Of a DNA stretch of 64,000 bases, positions 28,537 through 38,482 are shown in pieces (position 1 is the first letter of the stretch; every line of letters starts with the position of its first letter). This DNA comes from a virus. The notes under the pieces are model-generated. The model did no database searches. It saw nothing but the letters and a program-made list of their open reading frames with translations, and was not told the origin of the DNA. A program made the position numbers and the translations under genes. The DNA is taken from positions 13,492 to 77,491 of the IMG/VR virus record IMGVR_UViG_3300042566_000510. One strand, given 5' to 3'.

Positions 28537-29174
28537 TGCGCAGGCCCGGTTGCGAGCGCGTTTGACTCGGCGATCAAGCGGGCGTCATTCTCGCGAGCTG
28601 CATGCTCTCGCATGCCGATGTCAACCCCGTACTCGAGCGCCATATCAACCGCATACTTCAGGTCTGCAATTGACCCGCGGTTGTCAATGACGTAGTCGTA
28701 CGGCAGCGTGTCGACGAGAGACTCGCTGGCATGCGCACGCACAGCCTCGATGCCTGGGCGCAGGATCTTCCACACGACGCCGCCTTGAGCCTTAACCCAA
28801 GCAGCTTCGTTTGGAAAGCGCACGTCACTGATGACAACGCCGGGACTGCCGAACTTGCGGAACAGTGCAATGCGTGACTCGGCGATCTTCAGCCAGAAGT
28901 CGGGGTGAAGCGTGCGGCCCCACTCTGTGCCCAAAAGCTGGGCCATCTGGCGATAGCTTGCGCCGAGCTCGGGGATCTCACGCTCCTTGAGTTCGCGCTC
29001 GGTCATCCACTTCTCGTCAACGCCTACGCTGTCCAACAGCTCGCGCAGCATGTCCCGGATAGGGTCAGCAAACGCGATGCCGTCGTACCCGTGGCGGGCG
29101 TCGAGGATCTCGCGAACTGTATCCTTGCCGCTTCCGGCCACGCCTGTCAGGCCGATCAGGAGGGGCTTGGTCAT
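28533..29174 (-). CDS. Deoxynucleoside monophosphate kinase
   Basis: GLTGVAGSGKDT P-loop; FADPIR; LGTEWGR; ISDVRFPNE; HASE. Confidence 0.88.
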   Translation of the reverse strand: MTKPLLIGLTGVAGSGKDTVREILDARHGYDGIAFADPIRDMLRELLDSVGVDEKWMTERELKEREIPELGASYRQMAQLLGTEWGRTLHPDFWLKIAESRIALFRKFGSPGVVISDVRFPNEAAWVKAQGGVVWKILRPGIEAVRAHASESLVDTLPYDYVIDNRGSIADLKYAVDMALEYGVDIGMREHAARENDARLIAESNALATGPAQ

Positions 29175-29371
29175 AGCTCCTCCCATTTTTCATAGTAGTA
29201 GCTGCCGCGGACGCGGCCATCATCCTGCAGCACAATGATTCCACCGTGGTTCTCAACAATACGGCGACCATTGATCGTCTTGCTAGTGCCAAGCTGAAGA
29301 TTCCCATTGCTATCAATCAGCAACACGTCTGGTTGCTTAATGCCAAGGAGGCGCAAGATAAACTTCTTCAT
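29171..29371 (-). CDS. Hypothetical protein
   Basis: ATGA-coupled ORF. Confidence 0.55.
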   Translation of the reverse strand: MKKFILRLLGIKQPDVLLIDSNGNLQLGTSKTINGRRIVENHGGIIVLQDDGRVRGSYYYEKWEEL

Positions 29372-29841
29372 GCATCCTCCCGCATAACGGTTTCTGACTC
29401 GGTGCCTTGCGATACCCAACCCGCTGTCGGGCTCATTCCGTTGCCGCCGGGATGGCCGGCAACCGGGACCGCGACCAGACGCTGCACGGTCTCGCGCACA
29501 GCGTTCGGCTTGAACACGGTGTACAGCGCATCCTTGTAGGCGGCAGCGCTGGCCTCGGAGACTTTCTTCTCCCAGATCGCTTCAGCACCTTTGTTTGCCA
29601 AGTCAGCCATGCCAGCGATATGCTTTTCCTGCTCATTAACTCGTGCAGTCAGGCGCAGGATCTCAGCGCTCTTATCGCTGTTGGCAGCGAGAGCAGCGTC
29701 GTAACGCTTCTGTAGCGCATCGCGCTCATCAAGCGTTTTCTTCAGGTCATCCTTCAGCTGCTTGATGCCATCGAGCGCATCCAGATTGAAGGTCTTTGAC
29801 TCGACCAGGTTGTCGATTTGTTTCAGTAGATCCTGGCTCAT
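29368..29841 (-). CDS. Coiled-coil hypothetical protein
   Basis: Coupled ORF. Confidence 0.65.
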   Translation of the reverse strand: MSQDLLKQIDNLVESKTFNLDALDGIKQLKDDLKKTLDERDALQKRYDAALAANSDKSAEILRLTARVNEQEKHIAGMADLANKGAEAIWEKKVSEASAAAYKDALYTVFKPNAVRETVQRLVAVPVAGHPGGNGMSPTAGWVSQGTESETVMREDA

Positions 29842-30731
29842 GCTTCCTCCTCGATCTGAATTTCACCATCCATGGCCAGGACCAGGTCGTCAATGAGCTC
29901 ACCAATGAGCTTGGTCGCCAAGAAGACATCCGAGTCGAATGCGTCGTCATGCTCAGCGCTCATGTCGTCTTGGGCGTCGAGGCAGATCTTCTTCAAAACC
30001 ATACCTTCATTTATGACGAATGAGGCGTGCTTGGAGCGAACGCCCAGCTTGGTCACGCTCTTGCCTTGCTTCAGGTGATCACGCACTGCATCGATGTCCA
30101 GCGAGTGATTCTTGAAGGACGCCTTCGCCTTCGACTCGTCATGCGCCTCGAGCTCACACTCGCGACCGGCCTCGAAGTCGGCGATGTCGCCATCCTCATC
30201 CAGCAGCAAGTTGTGCATGAATGTGTTGGGGTGCTTTACCGTGCTGAGCATGGACAGTGTGAAGCCGGAGCGCACAAGCATGGTCACCACCTCGTCAGCC
30301 GATGCTCTTGATGCGGTGTTGAGCACAACGCGCATGGCCAGTGGATCGATCCAGACCATCACGTCCTTGCGCTTTGGAAAGGCCTTTGGCAACAGGTCAA
30401 ACTTTGCAGCCTCCTTGATTTCGCGGCGCTCCTTCTTTCCTGGCTTGCGACCTGTAGTAGCTTCGATGCGAGCAGCTTGCGCGTCGACAGCCTTGATCAA
30501 CTCGCTGGCCGGCACAGACTTCGTCTCAATGGCGAGGCGAGCGATGTGGTGACCGCCGATTGCCTCGATGAACGCGCCATGCTCGATGCCGCGTGAAGGC
30601 ACCCACCCCACAGACTTCTCTTGGGATGCGCCACACGGAGCGAACTCCTCGCTTTCCATGGCTTGTTCAGCCGCTGCGATGCCGCCGTCAGGCAGCTTCG
30701 TCAGCTTGTAGATGATTGCGTTGCTAAACAT
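29838..30731 (-). CDS. rdgC: Recombination-associated protein RdgC
   Basis: MFSNAIIY..FAPCGASQEKSVGWVP..LLPKAF..HLKQGKSVTKL. Confidence 0.9.
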   Translation of the reverse strand: MFSNAIIYKLTKLPDGGIAAAEQAMESEEFAPCGASQEKSVGWVPSRGIEHGAFIEAIGGHHIARLAIETKSVPASELIKAVDAQAARIEATTGRKPGKKERREIKEAAKFDLLPKAFPKRKDVMVWIDPLAMRVVLNTASRASADEVVTMLVRSGFTLSMLSTVKHPNTFMHNLLLDEDGDIADFEAGRECELEAHDESKAKASFKNHSLDIDAVRDHLKQGKSVTKLGVRSKHASFVINEGMVLKKICLDAQDDMSAEHDDAFDSDVFLATKLIGELIDDLVLAMDGEIQIEEEA

Positions 30732-30751
30732 ATTTAGATCTCGTTTTACTC

Positions 30752-31093
30752 TCAGGAAATACGCAGGATCTGAACCTTCTGGTCGCGGATCGTTGTGGTG
30801 TAGTTGCCTTTGCCAAAAAATCCGTTAGCAGATCCTCCGATCGCAGCGCGAAATGCAACGACCGATGTGCCGTCTGGCGCTGCGAACTCTCTAGCATCTC
30901 CAATCTTCATATCCTTAAGGCTGTTGATGTAGCCAGTTGACTTGGCAAAATTGTTTTTGCGCGTGAACTTCTTAGGTGCAACTACCGCCAGATCGCCGTA
31001 CTCTCTACCGTCGGGCGCAATGATTTTGTACCTGCAACCCGCAGCGTCGATCATTGCAATTCCGCGGATCATTGTCTTTTCTTTGATTTCCAT
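30752..31093 (-). CDS. Hypothetical protein
   Basis: ORF with plausible RBS. Confidence 0.6.
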   Translation of the reverse strand: MEIKEKTMIRGIAMIDAAGCRYKIIAPDGREYGDLAVVAPKKFTRKNNFAKSTGYINSLKDMKIGDAREFAAPDGTSVVAFRAAIGGSANGFFGKGNYTTTIRDQKVQILRIS

Positions 31094-31208
31094 GATGTAC
31101 TTCCTTTGATACTTAGTCGGCCTACTCGCTGCGTCTGGTGCAATTGCTTGGCGCTTGTTACGGCGCACCACCAGCATCCGCTTTTGGCCTATTTGTTACG
31201 CCACTGGC

Positions 31209-31652
31209 TTACGCCTGTGGTTCTTTCGCGCCTTCGCTGGCGTTTGTGTCGTCGTCGGTAGCTTCGATAGCGCCGGTGGTATCACCTTCGTTGCTGGCGC
31301 CGACCAGACCAGTCTCCGAGGCGGAGGCGCCGTCGGTCTCAGCGAATGGCCCGTTGCCGCCTTGCAGCTGCTGCTCGAGTTGCTCGGTTTTTGCCGCCTG
31401 GCCGATCTGGTATTCCATCCATGTCGCATGCGCATGGTCTGGCTTGTTGTCGCCAGGCTGCACAAACACGACACTGCTGCGCGGTTGCCAGTTCCCGTAG
31501 GCGTCACACACGCTCAGGTTAACCAGGCGGTCGTTGTGAATGCCAGCAATCATGGCCGGCAGAGGCTGCCCGTTCAGGCGCGCAATGCCGTCGTGCTCGG
31601 AAGCGTGGAAGTGGATGATGCGTCCTGGGGTTAGGGGGATGACTTTAGTCAC
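31209..31652 (-). CDS. Hypothetical protein with acidic tail
   Basis: GTG start after AAGGA; PGRIIHF..LPAMIAGI..VNLSV. Confidence 0.6.
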   Translation of the reverse strand: MTKVIPLTPGRIIHFHASEHDGIARLNGQPLPAMIAGIHNDRLVNLSVCDAYGNWQPRSSVVFVQPGDNKPDHAHATWMEYQIGQAAKTEQLEQQLQGGNGPFAETDGASASETGLVGASNEGDTTGAIEATDDDTNASEGAKEPQA

Positions 31653-31785
31653 TGGGTTTCCTTTCGGTGGTTGGTTATTTTTTTTTGCACTGAGAGCCAG
31701 AGGCAGAGCACCAGCCCAGACAAGAAGCCCAGGACAAACGCTCCGAACAGCCACTCAGCGATAGAGCCAAAGCTGATGGTGGCGA

Positions 31786-32289
31786 TCATTTCGCGCCAAC
31801 AGCCTTTGGCAGAGGGAATGGCACTTCAAGCGTGGAGGCGCAGGAGCCGTCTTGAGCCTTGCCTGGATGCTTGGACCAGTTGTCCACGGGGGCAACCATC
31901 ACGCAGCCTTGTGTCGCACTGACGGTGCTGCACATCACAGTTGCCTTCTCGACCTGCAGGTTCTTGGTCTTACCCTCTTCGCGATCAGTGCGCATGAAGA
32001 CAACCTCGGCCCAGCCGTCGCCTTGTGGGCAGGTGGATGAGTGCGTGGTGTCCGCCTTCACGACAGATTCCCAGCCTTGAATGCGTGGGTTCTGGCGCTG
32101 ATACTCGGCAGCTGCAGCGCCGGCATTGGAGCGGCCCTGTGCGCGCTGCTCTTCAACGGTTTGGAAGGAGAAGGCTTTGTCTTTGGTGACGCTGCCTGAC
32201 TCTTTCATAGCCTGCTCAACAGGCTTCTCACCGCAAGCGGCGAGCAGTGCGATTGCCAAGGCAATCAGGGGGTACATGAGTTTTTTCAT
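31786..32289 (-). CDS. Lipoprotein
   Basis: MKK-hydrophobic-LAAC lipobox; CPQGDGWA and further Cys residues. Confidence 0.75.
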   Translation of the reverse strand: MKKLMYPLIALAIALLAACGEKPVEQAMKESGSVTKDKAFSFQTVEEQRAQGRSNAGAAAAEYQRQNPRIQGWESVVKADTTHSSTCPQGDGWAEVVFMRTDREEGKTKNLQVEKATVMCSTVSATQGCVMVAPVDNWSKHPGKAQDGSCASTLEVPFPLPKAVGAK

Positions 32290-32330
32290 GGTTGGGTTTT
32301 CCTATGGTTGGTTGAGAGAAATCGTTGACT

Positions 32331-32843
32331 TCAGAAGGGAATGTCGTCGTCCATGTCCTCGAACCCACCGCGGCTTTGCGCTTGGGGTTGCTGACGTGGA
32401 GCCGCGTTTTGTTGCTGGCGAGGCGCGTTGTTGTAGCCGCCGTTGCCTTGTTGGCGTGGAGCCTGCTGCTGACGAGGAGCCGCTTGCTGCTGTCCGCCGT
32501 CACCCTGCTCGCGCCCACCAAGGAGCTGGAGCTGCTCGACGACGATGTCGCAAGTGGGCTTTTCGACGCCATCTTTGTCGGTGTACTTGCCGTACTTCAA
32601 GCGGCCTTCGACGTAGATGGTCTTGCCTTTGGTGATGTACTCGCCGGCGATCTCAGCCAGGCGCTCATAGAACGTGAGGCGGTGCCACTGAGTGTCCTCA
32701 ATGACTTCGCCGGACTGCTTGTCTTTGCGCTTGGATGATGTGGCGATGCTGACGTTGGCAACGGCTGCGCCGCTGGGTAGGTATCGAACTTCTGCATCGC
32801 GGCCGGCATTGCCGATCAGGATGACTTTGTTGACTGATGACAT
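32331..32843 (-). CDS. ssb: Single-stranded DNA-binding protein
   Basis: SVNKVILIGN..YVEGRL..DDDIPF C-terminus. Confidence 0.97.
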   Translation of the reverse strand: MSSVNKVILIGNAGRDAEVRYLPSGAAVANVSIATSSKRKDKQSGEVIEDTQWHRLTFYERLAEIAGEYITKGKTIYVEGRLKYGKYTDKDGVEKPTCDIVVEQLQLLGGREQGDGGQQQAAPRQQQAPRQQGNGGYNNAPRQQQNAAPRQQPQAQSRGGFEDMDDDIPF

Positions 32844-32860
32844 TTCGTAGGGGTCTTTCT

Positions 32861-33067
32861 TTAGTAGTACGAGGAGAGCTGGTTGTGCATCGACATGACA
32901 TCACCCAGTTTTGGATTGCTTGCGTTCGCGACCTTGCAGGCTTTGACCACGAGCTTCTTGAATGCGACGGCGTTGTCGTATGACCCGCCGTTCACACTTG
33001 GTGGTACACGCTTGAGCATTTCCTTGATGCGCGAGCGGTAGTAATCGAGTTGTTCCTTGGTGTCCAT
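32861..33067 (-). CDS. Hypothetical protein
   Basis: Directly downstream of an operator-containing promoter. Confidence 0.6.
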   Translation of the reverse strand: MDTKEQLDYYRSRIKEMLKRVPPSVNGGSYDNAVAFKKLVVKACKVANASNPKLGDVMSMHNQLSSYY

Positions 33068-33073
33068 GGTGTT

Positions 33074-33102
33074 TATTATCGCAACATTTTGTTGGCTGTC
33101 GA
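33074..33102 (-). promoter_or_regulatory. Leftward promoter with operator in the spacer
   Basis: Minus strand TCGACA-gCCAACAAAATGTTGc-GATAAT. Confidence 0.65.
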
Positions 33103-33112
33103 GCAAAAATCT

Positions 33113-33334
33113 TCAATCGACAGCCGTTTGTTGTTTTTTCACGACGCTGCGAGTTGCTTCGTTGTACGCGTCCTTCAGCTTGAGGTAGAACCCGCGCACA
33201 GACATCGGCTCATTGATCACGCGGTCCGCGTTCTTGATACGCGCCAGCACGAGCTCGCGGTCGATGGTTTCCGCGTTGGCTGACATTTCAAACTTGGCCA
33301 GCTTTCTGAGCTGTTTGGCCTTCTTGGCATTCAT
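33113..33334 (-). CDS. Hypothetical basic protein
   Basis: MNAKKAKQLRKLA N-terminus. Confidence 0.65.
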   Translation of the reverse strand: MNAKKAKQLRKLAKFEMSANAETIDRELVLARIKNADRVINEPMSVRGFYLKLKDAYNEATRSVVKKQQTAVD

Positions 33335-33444
33335 GTGTTACTCACTTTCTTTAATGTGGCGCTTACGACATACGCCGACGGTGCCGCCCGGTGACCCCCG
33401 GGCCTTCATCCCCGCTACGCAGAGATGCCGTCCGATTCAAGCAT

Positions 33445-33720
33445 TCATCGCACGAGCTCAACCTTGTTGGGCAGCACTCGATACTTGTACAGACCGTTGC
33501 CGTGATACTCCTTCTCCACGGTGTGCGCGCCGAAGCGCGGCTTGCGGAGGTGGCGAAGCTGGGCGCTCACGCTTGCCGCTGGATCCCCCGTCTTCTGAGA
33601 GATCTCATCCAGCGTGCGCCATTGCCGGTCGTTCACTGCATTCCACACGCGCAGCAGTTGCCCGGTCAGACGCACGTCATCGCGCATGGGCTGGTAGTCA
33701 GATCCGTTGAAGCGATCCAT
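33445..33720 (-). CDS. Winged-HTH protein
   Basis: WRTLDEISQKTGDPAASVSAQLRHLRKPRFG. Confidence 0.7.
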   Translation of the reverse strand: MDRFNGSDYQPMRDDVRLTGQLLRVWNAVNDRQWRTLDEISQKTGDPAASVSAQLRHLRKPRFGAHTVEKEYHGNGLYKYRVLPNKVELVR

Positions 33721-33723
33721 GGC

Positions 33724-34689
33724 TTAGTCCTTGTACGAAAGTGAAATTGATTTGAATGACCAATTTGAATTAATACTGCGCACCACCACACCTTCGCCCT
33801 GCTTGCCGTTCTCATACACGACGGCATCGGCAAGCATGCGCAGCTGATCGGCGTCGACGTACCCATGGCCAGACGCAGAGATCTCGGCCATAGGAATGCC
33901 CAGCGAATCGCAGAAGTGAACCAGCGCACCGAAGTGGCAGCGCTCGCGGCGATTGATGTCATACAGCGTGAAGGCGCGAATCTCGAGGTCGTCGTAGCCG
34001 CATGGGTTGCCTTGGATACCCGGGCCGCAAACCTCAAACTGAAGGGCAAATCCCGACGTCATCAGGTCTAGGTCGAACTTGCGAGCGGCCTGCCAGTACA
34101 CGTTGCTTGCGCCGCTGTCTGAGAACTCCTTGAGCTCAAGGTTGCGGCTGCACACATGCAGCTCACCCTCGTCGTCGACCCATGCCGTGCAGCTCGTGCC
34201 GTCGTACTTGACGGTGGCGACCCAATCCCAGCCGAGCATGAGCTCGCGCAGGTCGCGAACGCGCTGGAAGTTGGGCTCGTCAGTCTTGGGGATGAAGCTG
34301 GGGAAGTTGCCGCGGACCTCTCCGGCAATCTGTGCTGACACAGGCTTCTCGTACTTGGTGACACCTAGCACGTCGCCGACTTCAAAGCCCGGCTCCAGGT
34401 TGGCCTCAATGCCAACAGCAGGAATGATCAAGCACTCGCTCGGCACGCCCTTGAAACGGGCCATGCGCACGCGCCACTTGCTCTTCTCCATGAATGCCCA
34501 GCGCGGATTATCCGTGGGCAGTAGAGCGTCCTGCAGGAAGACGACAACCGCATCGCCTTCGTTGATCTCCTTGCTGACAACGCCGGACCATGAGCCCTCG
34601 TCGCCACAGTCGACCTGCGCCTGCTGAATACGGTCTGCACCGTCGATTGGTTTGATGGCCGATACGCGGCCTGCTACTGCGAGTTTCAT
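33724..34689 (-). CDS. RNA ligase (Rnl2 / DRB0094-like)
   Basis: N-terminal PIDGADRI; FIPKTDE; motif I KYDGTS; QFEVCG; EGVVVR; FKSIS. Confidence 0.88.
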   Translation of the reverse strand: MKLAVAGRVSAIKPIDGADRIQQAQVDCGDEGSWSGVVSKEINEGDAVVVFLQDALLPTDNPRWAFMEKSKWRVRMARFKGVPSECLIIPAVGIEANLEPGFEVGDVLGVTKYEKPVSAQIAGEVRGNFPSFIPKTDEPNFQRVRDLRELMLGWDWVATVKYDGTSCTAWVDDEGELHVCSRNLELKEFSDSGASNVYWQAARKFDLDLMTSGFALQFEVCGPGIQGNPCGYDDLEIRAFTLYDINRRERCHFGALVHFCDSLGIPMAEISASGHGYVDADQLRMLADAVVYENGKQGEGVVVRSINSNWSFKSISLSYKD

Positions 34690-34699
34690 GGTGTCGCCC

Positions 34700-34999
34700 T
34701 TAAACGAATTGCTTTACGATCCAGCCAAGGCCGACAGCGACCAACGGCCCAACCACCGGGGCGATCAGCTTTTCGTGCCACCCGAGGTTATCGTCCTCTT
34801 TCTTGGTCTTGCTGAAGCGCAATGCTCCGAGTGTCAGACCAATACCGATCGCAAGCGGGATGCTGATCTCTCGACCCCCAAGCGGGACGATGAACCATCC
34901 CCACAGCGTGGATACCGCCCACCCGTATTCGATGAGTAATCCCGCGAGGGCTGCCAATACCGCGAGGGTGATGATGGTGTAAAGAAATGCTTTTTTCAT
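34700..34999 (-). CDS. Membrane protein
   Basis: LWGWFIVPLG; three hydrophobic segments. Confidence 0.65.
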   Translation of the reverse strand: MKKAFLYTIITLAVLAALAGLLIEYGWAVSTLWGWFIVPLGGREISIPLAIGIGLTLGALRFSKTKKEDDNLGWHEKLIAPVVGPLVAVGLGWIVKQFV

Positions 35000-35664
35000 G
35001 CTGTTGCTCTTTCTGCTTCTGCTGCTTTTTTTGCTGCTAGTTTCTGAATCTCCTTGACGGTGACATTCACCTCTGCAAGGAACTTACTCACGCCGGCGTC
35101 GAGCTCGGCAATGATCTTGTCGTCCCAGTGGACGCGGCTGATGTGTAGCTGGAGCGACTCTGGCATGTCTTCGCAGTACGACACAAAGTCATTCCAGCGG
35201 CGACCTGAGACCCACATCTCGCCGTACACCTGCCATTTGTATTCGGTTGGTGGCATACCGTCCGGCAGGTTTAGGTACTCCCAGTGAATCGCTGGGATTG
35301 GGCACTTGAACTCAACCATTCCATCGCTGCCAACGAGACCATCTGGAGACACGCCGGCAGCTAGGAACTTGTGCTTGATGAAGTCAATCTCTTCAACGAT
35401 GGCGCCGGTGATGGATTCGTACCGCATGCGTGCAATGGGTTCAAGCTCCTTGCCGCGCTCAGTGTGCTTGTTGCCGGTGAAGCCGTCGGAGATCACCTTG
35501 CCGTTGTAAATCTCCAGCGCTATGCGCATGCGGTAATTGCGACGCATCGTGGACTCTGCGTTGCCTTTACCCTGGGCCATGACGTCAGCGAAGTGACTGC
35601 CGGTGGCTCGTCCGCGGCGCAGCTCAAACCACTCTGGTGAGCCTTGGGTGATGATGTCGGTCAT
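34996..35664 (-). CDS. YqaJ/lambda-type exonuclease
   Basis: QGSPEWFELRRGRATGS; SPDGLV..EFKCP; YKWQV. Confidence 0.93.
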   Translation of the reverse strand: MTDIITQGSPEWFELRRGRATGSHFADVMAQGKGNAESTMRRNYRMRIALEIYNGKVISDGFTGNKHTERGKELEPIARMRYESITGAIVEEIDFIKHKFLAAGVSPDGLVGSDGMVEFKCPIPAIHWEYLNLPDGMPPTEYKWQVYGEMWVSGRRWNDFVSYCEDMPESLQLHISRVHWDDKIIAELDAGVSKFLAEVNVTVKEIQKLAAKKAAEAERATA

Positions 35665-36038
35665 GCGACCTCCTTGTCGGTGATGAATGACAGATCGAAG
35701 CCGCGAGCGAAGAACCCGTACTTCTTTTCGATAGCAGCCTCGATCTCTTTCTTGATCGTGGCGGCGCGCTTAGTCCTCTCGGTGTAGAGCCTGTACGTGA
35801 CACGGGTGCCGTACACGCTGTCGTTCGCGTTGAGGCGGATGCTGGGCTTTTCAAGGCATACGTCCCAGTCGCACTTCTCCTTGCGGATCGATGTGAATGC
35901 GTAGTCGTCAATTGCGATGTACCTCTCGTTCTCGCCAATGACGTTGAACTCCCGGGCTTCAAACTTCTTGTCGGAGCCAAAGACCCCTGGACTGGAAGGA
36001 TCGGCGACCTCGACGCAGTAGTAGTTGATCTTCTTCAT
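35661..36038 (-). CDS. Hypothetical protein between recT and exo
   Basis: ATGA-coupled at both ends. Confidence 0.65.
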   Translation of the reverse strand: MKKINYYCVEVADPSSPGVFGSDKKFEAREFNVIGENERYIAIDDYAFTSIRKEKCDWDVCLEKPSIRLNANDSVYGTRVTYRLYTERTKRAATIKKEIEAAIEKKYGFFARGFDLSFITDKEVA

Positions 36039-36994
36039 CCCGCGCTGCCTTCCTTGACTTCAGCGTCGACAGCGCTGGCCTTGCTCTCCAAGAACGCCTT
36101 GCGTGCGTTGACCACATCCTTGAAAGCTGCGTAGCCATCGCGGTCCTTGGCCTTTGAGGCGGCGTCTGTACCAGTGCGCCATACGCCGCTCAGCTCTTCC
36201 AGCGTCTGCGCCTTGTTGGCCTTCTCGATCCATGCCGTACGGTCGAAGATCGGCTTGTCTGAACCGGCTGCCGGTGCAGCGTTGCGCTGGTTGATCTCGT
36301 GCAGACCTTCCTCGCCATCCGTGTTGAGGTGGTGGATGGCCTCGTCCAAGCGATCGGTCTTTGGCCAGGTTTTGTAGGCGCGTTTGATGACCGTCTTCTT
36401 GGCCATCTCAGCCCAGTCCGTCACCCATGGGCAGGACTTCTGCTTGTTGATCCATGCCTTCCAAGCGCTCGAGCGGTCACGAATGTCGTTGACATCGCCG
36501 ACACTCATGGCCTCAGTCAGGTAGTCGCCGTCCGCGGTCTTGACCACCACGTACACACCGACCGGCTCGCCGCGGTCTTTGCTGAAGGGGTTGAACTGGT
36601 GCTCTGGCGGTTTATCAAAACCATTCAATGCGAAGCCGTCATTCGCGTAAACCACTGCAGCCTTGGCCCATTTGATTGAGCCTGTGGCGGTTGCCAGGTC
36701 GATCAACCCCATGTACGAGATGTCGAGGCAAATCTTGCCGTCGCGTGGCACCAGGTACGCCTGCTTCTTCGCCGGGTTCAGCGAGATGCCAATCGCGGCC
36801 ACGTTGGTCACGGCGTTGATGACGGACTGGCGATTGCCCGTGGCGAGCTTCAGCGCGTAATCGTTCTGCTGGAGAACCTGGATCGCGAACTCAGCCTCAC
36901 GGTCGAAGTTGATGTTGCGATCAGATAGGACGGCATCGAACGCATCGCGTGCGCCGTAGATGTCGCCGGTGATCAGTGCGAGTGCGTTGCTCAT
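36035..36994 (-). CDS. recT: RecT family recombinase
   Basis: GISLNPAKKQAYLVPR..ISYMGL..EMAKKTVIKRA. Confidence 0.92.
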   Translation of the reverse strand: MSNALALITGDIYGARDAFDAVLSDRNINFDREAEFAIQVLQQNDYALKLATGNRQSVINAVTNVAAIGISLNPAKKQAYLVPRDGKICLDISYMGLIDLATATGSIKWAKAAVVYANDGFALNGFDKPPEHQFNPFSKDRGEPVGVYVVVKTADGDYLTEAMSVGDVNDIRDRSSAWKAWINKQKSCPWVTDWAEMAKKTVIKRAYKTWPKTDRLDEAIHHLNTDGEEGLHEINQRNAAPAAGSDKPIFDRTAWIEKANKAQTLEELSGVWRTGTDAASKAKDRDGYAAFKDVVNARKAFLESKASAVDAEVKEGSAG

Positions 36995-38175
36995 GCGGCC
37001 ACCTTTTGATTTTCGGACAGGGTTGCGGCGGCGCGCAGGATGTACTGCTCGGCCTCCTCGGGGCCGATGTCGAAGGCTTCAGCCACGATTGCAACAACGG
37101 ACGAGGCGTGAGCCAGCTCAGCGTCTTCGCAAGCGCGGGCCTCGGCAGCTTCACGCTCAGCGCGCTCTGCGGCGGCCTTGGCTTCTTGCTCGCGGCGGGC
37201 GGCCTCTTCGGCTTCGCGCTGCGCCTTGATCTGAGCGTCAATAGCTGCCTGCTTCTCAGCCAGCTCCTTGGCTTGCTCATGCAGCAGAGCCTGGGCTGCA
37301 TTCTTCTCAGCCTCAAAGGCGTCTTGCTGTTGCTTCTGGAAAGCTTCACGCTCGGCAGCCTCGCGGCGCGCCTTGGCGTTGGCTTCGTCGATTGCAGCTT
37401 GAGCCTTGAGCGCAGCCTCTGCTGCTGTGCGTGCGACAGCGGCTTCCTGCTCCTGGCGTTGACGCTCAAGCTCGGCGGCTTGTGCGGCTTGCTCGGCGCG
37501 GATACGGTCCAGCTCGGCACGCTCAGCGGCCAGGCGTGCGGCTTCTTCTTCGCGAGCAACGGCCGCGGCCAGCAACTCATTCAGCTTGGCCAGCGATGTG
37601 GTGTATGCGTTCTCGGCGTGAGGGCGGTATTCCTCAAATGACTCATCAATCTTGGTCACCTCGAGCCCAAATATAGCGCTCTTGATTTCGGCCGGCTTCA
37701 TCGTGGCGCACTGCAATGGCAGGTTGGCAATAGCGTCAATGCGAGCACGCAGCGCGTCCACGCGCTTTTGCTCAGCAGCAACCTTCTCCGCTTTAATGCG
37801 CTCTTGCTCAGCGTCCCATGCGTCGCGAACTTTGAAGAGACGGTCTTCTTCCTTCTCAATGATTCCGATCAGGCGGTTCTCTTCGGCGATCACAGCCTTG
37901 GCAAACTTGGTGGCGTCGTCGCGCGCAGTCTTCGATACCTTCTGAATCGTGGTGCGCGCTTTCTGCAGCTCCATTGCTGCGCCGTGCGCCTGCTCGCGGC
38001 CAGCCTTGTCCTTCACGAGGACGATGTCCTTGTGCTTGGTAGCAAGCTCCTTGAGGTGCTCTTCGGTCTTGGTGCTGTTCAGTGCAAGCGCGGCGCGCTC
38101 CTCGACCGGCACGAGGGCGGTTGACTGCTGAACGTCTGAATCCGCGGCGGCCGCGGTGGTTGATGTGTCTGTCAT
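36991..38175 (-). CDS. Long coiled-coil protein (first gene of the recombination operon)
   Basis: A/E/Q/R-rich heptads; GGAG RBS. Confidence 0.75.
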   Translation of the reverse strand: MTDTSTTAAAADSDVQQSTALVPVEERAALALNSTKTEEHLKELATKHKDIVLVKDKAGREQAHGAAMELQKARTTIQKVSKTARDDATKFAKAVIAEENRLIGIIEKEEDRLFKVRDAWDAEQERIKAEKVAAEQKRVDALRARIDAIANLPLQCATMKPAEIKSAIFGLEVTKIDESFEEYRPHAENAYTTSLAKLNELLAAAVAREEEAARLAAERAELDRIRAEQAAQAAELERQRQEQEAAVARTAAEAALKAQAAIDEANAKARREAAEREAFQKQQQDAFEAEKNAAQALLHEQAKELAEKQAAIDAQIKAQREAEEAARREQEAKAAAERAEREAAEARACEDAELAHASSVVAIVAEAFDIGPEEAEQYILRAAATLSENQKVAA

Positions 38176-38222
38176 AAATGCTCCTAGAGGTTTGAAAAAA
38201 TATCTGCAGAACAGATGGTTGG

Positions 38223-38250
38223 ATTATGCAACATTTTGTTGGCGCGTCAA
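38223..38250 (-). promoter_or_regulatory. Leftward promoter with operator in the spacer
   Basis: Minus strand TTGACG-cgCCAACAAAATGTTG-CATAAT. Confidence 0.75.
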
Positions 38251-38281
38251 CAAAAAAATAAAGCCCGAGCGATTCGCTGGG

Positions 38282-38482
38282 TTATTTGATTCGCAGAGGG
38301 ATGACGCGCGACTTGACTGCATCAAGCTCAGCTTGCAGGCGGTTGATCTCGTCGACGGCGTCTTGCAGATTGAAGGCGACCTTGTACATCACCTCGCGCA
38401 TCTCCTGCTCATAGGTAGCGCGTGCCGCGTTCATCGTCGCGTCGGCGCGCACTTGTAGCTTGGCTGCAACAGGGTTCGTCAT
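38282..38482 (-). CDS. Hypothetical protein
   Basis: Coupled ORF. Confidence 0.6.
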   Translation of the reverse strand: MTNPVAAKLQVRADATMNAARATYEQEMREVMYKVAFNLQDAVDEINRLQAELDAVKSRVIPLRIK

